The notes below the pieces were generated by a model. That model saw nothing but the letters and a program-made list of their open reading frames with translations. It was not told the DNA's origin and searched no databases. 64,000 nt of DNA from Candidatus Latescibacterota bacterium (GTDB lineage: Bacteria; Latescibacterota; UBA2968; UBA8231): positions 3,008,001 to 3,072,000 of the forward strand of contig OZ242214.1 in NCBI GenBank assembly GCA_965206595.1, in the 5' to 3' direction. This document shows, one piece after another, positions 1 through 8,150 of the stretch (positions are counted from its first letter, which is position 1; each line of letters begins with the position of its first letter). Position numbers and translations under genes: made by a program.

Positions 1-1
1 T

Positions 2-3000
2 TCACCCTATAAGTGGACGCTTCAGGCAATAAATATTCCGGAGGCGATTGTCCCGGTCCGAGAGCGCTCACCACAGGTGCGCGAATCTATTTATCAAGTA
101 GTCAGTAGGTTCCAAGATGGGAGCGTCTCTAGCTATGAACAGATCACTGATGCCCACCTTGCTGCCATTAATACGTTGTTTGTGAATAATATCCATGCTT
201 CAGACTCTCCCCTGCAATCTAACGATCTTGATGGTCTCACCGGTTTGGAAAGCCTTGAACTAAGATTGGGGGACGGATTTTCAGAGAGAAGTCTTCTGCC
301 AGCAGGGATTTTTGCAGGACTCACTTCGCTGAGCCGGTTCAAGTTCCTCTATTATGAAAACATATACGGTGATGATCCTTCGCTTTATCCGATTCTACCG
401 ATTCCCGTAGGGCTGGAGAAGGTTGGCGAAGGTCAGTTCAAGGCGGTTGTACACACTGGTGCGCCGTTTGACATGGACCTGCCGCTCCACATTGTGAATG
501 GGCGTATCAACGGCGGCACAATTACTATCACGATACCCAGAGGCAGCGTCGAAAGCGCGCCGTTCACCGTGACCCGCAGTCCCGGCACAACCGCTGCGGT
601 CATCGTGGACATTGAGACGTTGCCGAATACGAGTATCCCAACGAATGCCGGCTACAGCTTCTACAGATCATCCTTCCCGCTGGAAATGTTCAGCCCCTTG
701 GCGGGAGCACCCAGCCCCGTTACCGAACGCACACCGCAGGTACTCGACGCTATTGTGGCGGCAGTGCCAGAGATAATTCACGTTCACCATGATAGAGAGA
801 TAACCTACATAGTGAACGGGAGATTTACAGAAGAGACATCTAATTTCGGCCACTATGTGTCTGAGGCACACCTCGCGGCGATTACGAGTCTGGATGTATC
901 TGGGTCTAGTGGGGTCGACTTAAGCCTCGGAGGCAATTGGTTTAGTTTGCAGGGGAACGCCACAGAACTGAAACCCGGCGATTTTGATGGCCTGACCAAC
1001 CTGACAGAGCTCCGCCTGGACGACAACGAGTTGAGTGCATTGCCGGAGAACATCTTTGACCAGCTCACCAATCTGACGGAGCTCAAGCTAGACGGCAACC
1101 AGTTGAGTGCATTGCCATCCGGCCTCTTTGACCAGCTCACCAACCTGACAGAGATCTACCTAAGCAACAACCAGCTGAGTGCATTGCCAGACGGCCTCTT
1201 TGACCAGCTCACCAATCTGACCCTACTCGCCCTAAACAGCAACGAGTTGAGTGCATTGCCAGACGGCTTCTTTGACCAACTCACCAATCTGACAAGGCTC
1301 TACCTGAACAGCAACCAATTGAGTGCATTGCCATCCGGCCTCTTTGACCAGCTCACCAGTCTGGCACTGCTCAACCTGTTCGACAACCCGTTGAGTTCAC
1401 TGCAGGAGAGCGATTTTGACCATCTCATCAATCTGACAACGCTCATCCTACCCGGCAACAGCAACTCGTCGAATTCATCGCTGGAATTCAGCGGAGACAC
1501 CCCCGTCTGCGACCGCACCCCGCAGGTGCGCGACGCGATTGTGGCCGCGGTACCGGGCGTAAACAATTGTCGCGATGTGACCGAGGCACACCTCGCAGCG
1601 ATTACGGATACGGAGCTGGAGTTGTCTGGTAGTAGCATTACAGAACTGAAACCCGGCGATTTTGACAATCTCACTAACTTGAGAGGGCTCGGCCTAGTCG
1701 ACAACCAGTTGAGTTCATTGCCGGAGGACATCTTTGAATATCTCATCAACCTAGAAGCCCTCGGCATAGCCAACACCCAGTTGAGTTCATTACCAGACGG
1801 ACTCTTTGAAAATCTCACCAACCTGAGAACGCTCGGCATAGGCAACAACACCCAGTTGAGTTCATTACCAGACGGACTCTTTGAAAATCTCACCAACCTG
1901 AGAACGCTCAGCCTAAGTGGCAACCAGTTGAGTTCATTGCCGGAGGGACTCTTTGAATATCCCACCAACTTGTTATTTCTCGACCTAAGCGGCAACCAAT
2001 TAAGTTCATTACCGGAGGGACTCTTTGACAAAGTTACGCTAGCGCTCGACCTAAGCGACAACCAGTTGAGTTCATTACCTCACGGCATCTTTAAGGGCAT
2101 TTTCGTCGAAATTCCCGACTTTACAGGGTTCTTCGCGTTCGGCACCCCGCTGGGTCCATTTCCAGAGGACGCCTATAACGAACTCGCCGACCCGACGACT
2201 CTCGACCTGACCGGCAACCCAGGTGCCCCCCTGCCTCTCACCGTCTCACTGGAGAAGGTTGCGGATGGTCAGTTCAAGGCGGTGGCCCCTGCCGGTGCGC
2301 CGTTTGATATGGTCCTGCCGCTCACCGTTACCAACGGCAGTATCAGCGGCGGTACAACCACGATCACAATTCCCGCCGGTAGCGTCGAAAGCGAGACACT
2401 CACCATAACCCGCACCTCCGGCACGACATTCGCCGTTACCGTGGATATCGGAACGTTGCCGGAGTTGCCCAATAGCCATAGCGGCTATGCTCTCGTCAAA
2501 TCCGCCGACCTGCCGCTGGTGTTCACGGAATTCGGGGGCATGCTCTCGGTCTGCGAGCGCACGCCGCAGGTGCGCAATCAGATTTGGGCAAGAACGGGTA
2601 TGAGCGATTGCCGTGACATAACCGAGGCACACCTCGCGGCGATTACGAGGCTAGATAAATATGGTGGGGGTCCGGGTTATGGGGACATTACAGCACTGAA
2701 ACTCGGCGATTTTGATGGTCTGACCAACCTGCGAGGGCTCTACCTAAACGACAACCAGTTGAGTTCGTTGCCAGCGGGCCTGTTTGACAACCTCACCGCG
2801 CTGGAAACGCTCAACTTGCACGACAACCAGTTGAGTTCGTTGCCAACGGGCCTGTTTGACAACCTCACCGCGCTGCAAGACCTCGACCTAAGCAACAACC
2901 AGTTGAGCACGCTGCCAGCGGGCCTGTTTGACAACCTCACCGCGCTGGAAACGCTCGACTTGCACGACAACCAGTTGAGTTCGTTGCCAACGGGCCTGTT

Positions 3001-4390
3001 TGACAACCTCACCGCGCTGGAAACGCTCAGCATAAGCAACAACCAGTTGAGTTCGTTGCCGGCGGGCCTGTTTGACAACCTCACCGCGCTAGATTTCCTC
3101 CTCATAGGCAACAACCAGTTGAGCACGCTGCCAGCGGGCCTGTTTGACAACCTCACCGCACTGCAACGGTTCGACCTAAGCGGCAACCAGTTGAGTTCAT
3201 TACCAGACGGACTCTTCGGCAACCTCACCGCGCTGGAAGAGCTCTACCTGTACGACAACCAGTTGAGTTCGTTACCAGCGGGCCTCTTTGGTAATCTCAC
3301 CAACCTGCCAGAGCTCTACTTGCACAACAACCAGTTGCGCTCGTTACCAGCGGGGCTGTTTGGCAATTTCACCAATCTGGGTATCGAGCTGGGCAACAAC
3401 CAATTGAGTTCGTTACCACCTGGCCTCTTTGGTAATCCCACCAATCTGGGTATCGGCCTAAGCGGCAACCAGTTGAGTTCATTACCACCGGGCCTGTTTG
3501 GTAATCTCACCAATCTGACATACCTCGACCTGACCGACAACCTTATAAACCCACTGCCCCTTACCGTCTCACTAGAGAAGGTTGCTGAAGGTCAGTTCAA
3601 GGCGGTGGCACCAACCGGCGCGCCTTTCGAACTCGTGCTCCCGGTCAGTGTCTCAGGTCCCGGTGCGATCGTAGGGGGCGCAACCACTGTCACCATTCCC
3701 CCAGGAAGCCTGGAAAGCGCCCCGCTCACCTTTTCCCGCACGCCAGGTACCACGGCTGCGGTCACCGTGGATATAGGCACGTTGCCGGGGCTGCCCGCTT
3801 CTCATTCTGGCTATGCCCTTGTCAAATCCGGCGACCTGCCGCTGGCGTACTATGTCGGGGCCGAAGGAAGGCAGGGGGGAGCCGAAGGAAGGCCGGGCGG
3901 GCAAGTTTCCACCGATTTCAACAGCGACGGCAAGACCGATTTCGTCGACTTCTTCCTCTTTGCCGATGCCTACGGCGGCACCGACGCAAAGTTTGACCTC
4001 GACGGCAGCGGCACGGTGGACTTCGTCGATTTCTTCAAATTCGTCGATGCCTTCGACCAGCCGGGCCAAGCCAAGCTGCTGGCACTGGCCCGGGAGATGC
4101 TCGGATTGCCTGCCGGCCCGCAACTCCAGCAGAACGCCCCTAATCCGTTCAACAGCGAGACCGTCATCTCATGGTTCCTGCTTGAACCGGGTCCGGTGCG
4201 ACTGGAAGTGTTCGCCCTGACCGGACAGCGGCTGGCCGTCCTGCACCAGGGTCCGGAGAAGGCGGGCCTCCACCGCCTTCACTGGGACGGTCGCGACGAC
4301 GAGGGCCGCCCCCTGGCCAGCGGTGTATACCTGTACCGGCTGGTGACAAACGAAGCTGTGTTGACCCGCAAGCTCACCCTGCTGCGTTGA
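2..4390 (+). CDS. Large secreted leucine-rich-repeat protein, 5' partial: capped LRR arrays, three Ig-like spacer domains, paired EF-hand/dockerin-like motif, FlgD-Ig/T9SS-like C-terminal domain
   Basis: The frame is open from base 2 (SPYKWTLQ...VRERSPQVRESI), so the GTG at 77 is probably internal. 24-aa repeats LTxLxxLxLxxNQLSxLPxGLFDx. Four caps of the form (E/D)R(T/S)PQV...(D/E)AHLAAI. Three copies of an LEKVxxGQFKAV...GAPF domain. DFNSDGKTDFVDFF and DLDGSGTVDFVDFF; ends PNPFNS...GVYLYRL...TRKLTLLR. Confidence 0.9.
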   Translation, partial: SPYKWTLQAINIPEAIVPVRERSPQVRESIYQVVSRFQDGSVSSYEQITDAHLAAINTLFVNNIHASDSPLQSNDLDGLTGLESLELRLGDGFSERSLLPAGIFAGLTSLSRFKFLYYENIYGDDPSLYPILPIPVGLEKVGEGQFKAVVHTGAPFDMDLPLHIVNGRINGGTITITIPRGSVESAPFTVTRSPGTTAAVIVDIETLPNTSIPTNAGYSFYRSSFPLEMFSPLAGAPSPVTERTPQVLDAIVAAVPEIIHVHHDREITYIVNGRFTEETSNFGHYVSEAHLAAITSLDVSGSSGVDLSLGGNWFSLQGNATELKPGDFDGLTNLTELRLDDNELSALPENIFDQLTNLTELKLDGNQLSALPSGLFDQLTNLTEIYLSNNQLSALPDGLFDQLTNLTLLALNSNELSALPDGFFDQLTNLTRLYLNSNQLSALPSGLFDQLTSLALLNLFDNPLSSLQESDFDHLINLTTLILPGNSNSSNSSLEFSGDTPVCDRTPQVRDAIVAAVPGVNNCRDVTEAHLAAITDTELELSGSSITELKPGDFDNLTNLRGLGLVDNQLSSLPEDIFEYLINLEALGIANTQLSSLPDGLFENLTNLRTLGIGNNTQLSSLPDGLFENLTNLRTLSLSGNQLSSLPEGLFEYPTNLLFLDLSGNQLSSLPEGLFDKVTLALDLSDNQLSSLPHGIFKGIFVEIPDFTGFFAFGTPLGPFPEDAYNELADPTTLDLTGNPGAPLPLTVSLEKVADGQFKAVAPAGAPFDMVLPLTVTNGSISGGTTTITIPAGSVESETLTITRTSGTTFAVTVDIGTLPELPNSHSGYALVKSADLPLVFTEFGGMLSVCERTPQVRNQIWARTGMSDCRDITEAHLAAITRLDKYGGGPGYGDITALKLGDFDGLTNLRGLYLNDNQLSSLPAGLFDNLTALETLNLHDNQLSSLPTGLFDNLTALQDLDLSNNQLSTLPAGLFDNLTALETLDLHDNQLSSLPTGLFDNLTALETLSISNNQLSSLPAGLFDNLTALDFLLIGNNQLSTLPAGLFDNLTALQRFDLSGNQLSSLPDGLFGNLTALEELYLYDNQLSSLPAGLFGNLTNLPELYLHNNQLRSLPAGLFGNFTNLGIELGNNQLSSLPPGLFGNPTNLGIGLSGNQLSSLPPGLFGNLTNLTYLDLTDNLINPLPLTVSLEKVAEGQFKAVAPTGAPFELVLPVSVSGPGAIVGGATTVTIPPGSLESAPLTFSRTPGTTAAVTVDIGTLPGLPASHSGYALVKSGDLPLAYYVGAEGRQGGAEGRPGGQVSTDFNSDGKTDFVDFFLFADAYGGTDAKFDLDGSGTVDFVDFFKFVDAFDQPGQAKLLALAREMLGLPAGPQLQQNAPNPFNSETVISWFLLEPGPVRLEVFALTGQRLAVLHQGPEKAGLHRLHWDGRDDEGRPLASGVYLYRLVTNEAVLTRKLTLLR
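2720..3545 (+). repeat. Intragenic tandem array of about 12 LRR-coding units (72 bp)
   Basis: Units start at 2720, 2792, 2864, 2936, 3008, 3080, 3152, 3224 and 3296, then continue as shorter units. Near-constant scaffold aaccagttgagttcgttgccagcgggcctgtttgacaacctcaccgcgctg. Similar arrays at about 960-1450 and 1640-2100. Confidence 0.95.
3911..4390 (+). repeat. Shared C-terminal cassette (EF-hand pair + CTD); other copies at about 6893-7372, 10475-10751 (CTD only) and 15950-16429
   Basis: 3911 accgatttcaacagcgacggcaagaccgatttcgtcgacttcttcctctttgccgatgcctacggcggcacc is nearly identical to 6893. All four copies end in TRKLTLLR-stop. Confidence 0.95.
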
Positions 4391-4519
4391 TCCTACCGAC
4401 CGGAACAGAGTTGACAGGGCCTTATGGAACGATGTCATCTGTAATCCATAGCGGTGAACCGAGATAAGGAAAAACGTTATGAGGATGGACGCAAAGCGAT
4501 ATTACAGGAGCATAACCCT

Positions 4520-7372
4520 ATGAAAACCCCCGCTCTGCATTCCGCCTCTTTGGCGTGGCTCGCTCTCGTGCTCTCGACGCCGGCGGTCGGCCATGCTTCG
4601 CCTCCGTCGTTCCCTGAGATGCCATTCCGCCAGCAAATCGATTTAGAGCAGCGGGAGCGCGATCATACTCCCCGCCCTGCCGCCAAGCGGCTGGCGGAGG
4701 CGGACGCCGGCGACCCCCGCACCGTGCGCCTCATCTACTTCCTGCCCAACGATCGCTCGTTCAACTCCGACGTGGTTGACTCGATGAAAACGGGGATTCG
4801 CCGCATTCAGACCTTTTATAGCGAGCAGATGGAGGCCAACGGCTATGGCAATAAAACTTTCCAGTTTGAAACCGACGATCAGGGCGAACCGATGGTTCAC
4901 CGCGTCGATGGTCCATACCCCGAGAGCGAATATTTTTTCGCTTACCGCCTGGTTGGTGCGGGTAATGTGAAGCGGGATGTGGGACAGGCGTTTGATTTCA
5001 GGAGGAACATTTTCTTTATCGTTGTTGACCATAGCACACGTAACCTCTGGGACAATGTCAGAGGTATCGCAGGCCACTTGTCAAAAGAGGGCGGATTTGC
5101 GCTGGTTCCCAGCGACTTCGACTTCGCAACGGCAGCCCATGAACTGGGACATGCCTTCGGCTTGCAGCACGATTTTCGCGATGGTGTCTTCGATGGTGGG
5201 TACATCATGTCCTTTGGCCAAGGACCGGATCGGTTATCGGCGTGCAGTGCCGGGATTTTGGCCGTGCATCCCTACTTCAATCCCGATGTCCCGACTGCGG
5301 TGCAAACCCCACCGACTATCGACCTCGTTTCCTCACTCAGATTTCCAGCCGGCTCAACGAGCTTTTCCGTTCAACTCAGAGTCAGTGTGAATTTCTTCGT
5401 CGATGTTTTTCGCCCTGAGCTGAAGCCGCCGGATCTTCATCAGGTATCTCTATTCGTCAAGACAGGGGGAACAGATGCCGCAGCCGGATTCCGTGAAGTG
5501 AAATTCTGTCATGTATTGTCGGGTGTACAAGATACTGTTGTTGTATTCGATTATGACGGGATTATTCCGTCTGAGGGATCTGCGAGTCTATCCACCTCCG
5601 TTACACAGTATATTGCCGTAGAAGCGATCGATACCAAGGGAAATGTGCGCCAAGCGCACTTTCTCCTGGCGGAAGATTCGCCACATCATATCACTACTTT
5701 GAAGGGGCCTACCTCGCCGGAGGTCTATGGTGCGAAATTCTCACCCGATGGGACCCTCCTTGCCGTACACGCATCCTCCGGGATCGCAATATGGGACGCG
5801 GCGACGCGAACCTATATCGCTGGGCTAAGTCAGCGGAGCGTCTCTTCGGTCGTGTTTTCGCCCGACGGGACCCTCCTCGCTTCCGGGTCTTACAGCCCTT
5901 CCGAGGCCAATATCAAGCTGTGGGACGTGGCGACCCGAACCCTCGTCGCCACCCTGGAGGGACATTTGGGGGGACCTACGGGGGTGCTTTCGCTGTCGTT
6001 TTCGCCCGATGGAGCCCTCCTCGCTTCCGGGTCAGGGGATCAAACGATCAAGCTGTGGGATGTGGCGACACGAACCCATCTCGCCACCCTCGAAGGGCAT
6101 ACAAGTCATGTCTATTCTGTTGCATTTTCACCCGATGGGACGCTCGCTTCCGGGTCGCGGGATGGCACGGTCAAGCTGTGGGATGCGGCGACCCGAACCA
6201 GTGTCGCCACCCTCGAGGGAGGTACGGGCCGGGTTCTCGATGTGTCGTTTTCACCCGATGGGACGACCCTTGCTTCGAGCACTGATGGCGCGATCCTGCT
6301 GTGGGACATGGCGACCAGAACACAGACCGCCACCCTGGATGGGCGTGGCGACGCGTCGTTTTCCGCCGATGGGTCGACCCTTGCCTCCGGGGGAGGAGGG
6401 TACACGGTTCTGTGGGATATGGCGACCAGAGAACAGATCGCCACGCTCGGGCATGCGGGCCGGCTGAGGGATCCCGACGGGTATTGGGTCAACGGGGTGT
6501 TCTCGCCCAATGGGGCTCTGCTCGCTTCAGTATCAATAGACGGGGTACAACTGTGGGATGCGTCGGCGTGGACGCGAACCCCGCCTCATACACTGGTGAA
6601 GATCTCCGGCGATGACCAGCAGGGTACGCCCGGTGCCGCATTGGCGAACCCGTTTGTCGTTGACGTGAGAGATCAGGGCGGTTCGGGGTATGCCGGGGCG
6701 GCCGTCACCTTTGCGGTCACTGCCGGGGGTGGTTCGCTCAGTTCCTCGGCGGAGACGACCGATGCCAGCGGCCGGGCCGCCAGCACGCTGACCTTGGGGA
6801 GCCAGCCGGGGACGAATACCGTGGAGGTGAGCGTGGCCGGGCTTACGCCGGTGACTTTTACCGCCGTCGGGCAAGCTAGCGGCCAAACGGCGACCGATTT
6901 CAACGGCGACGGCAAGACGGATTTCGTCGACTTCTTCCTCTTTGCCGATGCCTACGGCGGCACCGATTCCCGCTTCGACCTCGACGGCAGCGGCACCGTC
7001 GATTTCGTCGACTTCTTCAAATTCGTCGATGCCTTCGACCAGCCGGGGCAAGCCAAGCTGCTGGCACTGGCCCAGGAGATATTCGGGCTGCCTTTGGAAA
7101 CCCAGTTGCAGCAGAACTGGCCCAATCCGTTCAACAGCGAAACCGTCATTTCCTGGTTCCGTTTGGAGCCGGGTCCGGCGCGACTGGAGGTATTCTCCCT
7201 TACCGGGCAGCGGGTGGCGGTCCTGCGCCAGGGTCGGGAGAAGGCGGGACGCCACCGCGTTCACTGGGCAGGCCGGGACGACGAGGGCCGTCCCATGGCT
7301 GGCGGGGTCTACCTGTACCGGCTGGTGACGGCCGAAGGCGTCCTGACCCGCAAGCTCACCCTGCTGCGGTGA
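4520..7372 (+). CDS. Secreted metzincin-type zinc metalloprotease + WD40 propeller + bacterial Ig domain + EF-hand pair + CTD
   Basis: ATG at 4520 after AGGAG; signal peptide. HELGHAFGLQH (HExxHxxGxxH) with a YIMS Met-turn. WD40 repeats FSPDGTLLASGS...IKLWDV. ISGDDQQG Big-like domain; TRKLTLLR end. Confidence 0.9.
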   Translation: MKTPALHSASLAWLALVLSTPAVGHASPPSFPEMPFRQQIDLEQRERDHTPRPAAKRLAEADAGDPRTVRLIYFLPNDRSFNSDVVDSMKTGIRRIQTFYSEQMEANGYGNKTFQFETDDQGEPMVHRVDGPYPESEYFFAYRLVGAGNVKRDVGQAFDFRRNIFFIVVDHSTRNLWDNVRGIAGHLSKEGGFALVPSDFDFATAAHELGHAFGLQHDFRDGVFDGGYIMSFGQGPDRLSACSAGILAVHPYFNPDVPTAVQTPPTIDLVSSLRFPAGSTSFSVQLRVSVNFFVDVFRPELKPPDLHQVSLFVKTGGTDAAAGFREVKFCHVLSGVQDTVVVFDYDGIIPSEGSASLSTSVTQYIAVEAIDTKGNVRQAHFLLAEDSPHHITTLKGPTSPEVYGAKFSPDGTLLAVHASSGIAIWDAATRTYIAGLSQRSVSSVVFSPDGTLLASGSYSPSEANIKLWDVATRTLVATLEGHLGGPTGVLSLSFSPDGALLASGSGDQTIKLWDVATRTHLATLEGHTSHVYSVAFSPDGTLASGSRDGTVKLWDAATRTSVATLEGGTGRVLDVSFSPDGTTLASSTDGAILLWDMATRTQTATLDGRGDASFSADGSTLASGGGGYTVLWDMATREQIATLGHAGRLRDPDGYWVNGVFSPNGALLASVSIDGVQLWDASAWTRTPPHTLVKISGDDQQGTPGAALANPFVVDVRDQGGSGYAGAAVTFAVTAGGGSLSSSAETTDASGRAASTLTLGSQPGTNTVEVSVAGLTPVTFTAVGQASGQTATDFNGDGKTDFVDFFLFADAYGGTDSRFDLDGSGTVDFVDFFKFVDAFDQPGQAKLLALAQEIFGLPLETQLQQNWPNPFNSETVISWFRLEPGPARLEVFSLTGQRVAVLRQGREKAGRHRVHWAGRDDEGRPMAGGVYLYRLVTAEGVLTRKLTLLR

Positions 7373-7482
7373 TTGGATCGGCCAACCTTGAGCATTGAGA
7401 ATTAGCCTAAAACGTCCATCCGGACGAAAGCAAATTGTGAGCCCTCGAGTTGAAGAACTCGATCAAAAAAAGGAGGAATAAG

Positions 7483-8055
7483 GTGAAAATACTCCATTTG
7501 TTCAGCGTCGTCTCCCTATTGTCCTGTGTCTTGCAGGCGGGATGCGACTATGCCAAACCCACCGATGTCGAGGAGGTGGACAAGAAAGTAGAGACACTCC
7601 GGCAGCAGTTGAACCAACAGGAAGAGGAACTACAGAAGCAGTTGAACCAACAGGAAGAAGCGGTGCAGGAGCGATTGAGCAATTGGGAAATTGTATTCGC
7701 ACTGATCGGCGCCAATTTTTTGGATATGGGGCAAGTAAGATCTGAATCTCCCACACACGGAGTACTCACAACCAACGAGGTTCACGTCTACGAATTCAAC
7801 CAGGATGAGAACCGTGAAGTGACCATTGTTCTGGACGGATCGGGTGACATTGTTTTTTCGCTTCTTCGAGAAATGAACGACGGTAGTTTCGATAACTTCG
7901 GCCGCTTCGATCAGGACTTTGATTCAACATACAGAACCGGTTGGGACGCTTCTATTTTCAATGGGACATTGGAAGCGGCCACATACCTGATCATCGTTGA
8001 GGCATATTCCTTTGAAGAAGAGCTTCAATACCGGATTTCTTTTGCCTTTCCGTAG
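7483..8055 (+). CDS. Hypothetical lipoprotein with a short coiled coil and a beta-sandwich (PPC-like) C-terminus
   Basis: GTG at 7483 after AGGAGG; lipobox-like LQAGC; 33-bp duplication at 7603-7668 (QLNQQEE x2). Confidence 0.7.
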   Translation: MKILHLFSVVSLLSCVLQAGCDYAKPTDVEEVDKKVETLRQQLNQQEEELQKQLNQQEEAVQERLSNWEIVFALIGANFLDMGQVRSESPTHGVLTTNEVHVYEFNQDENREVTIVLDGSGDIVFSLLREMNDGSFDNFGRFDQDFDSTYRTGWDASIFNGTLEAATYLIIVEAYSFEEELQYRISFAFP

Positions 8056-8150
8056 CCCAACCGAGGCGGCCCTTGGAACGACGCTTGTATATGTTGAATA
8101 GAGCGATAGCCCTGGCAGTTCCATGTAAACCCCGTTGACAGGAGCTTCTT

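Noticed and set aside
7404-7432. Hammerhead-ribozyme-like gtcc-atcc-ggac-gaaa
   Set aside because: The required CUGANGA core is absent (ctaaaac) and I find no convincing stems I and III.
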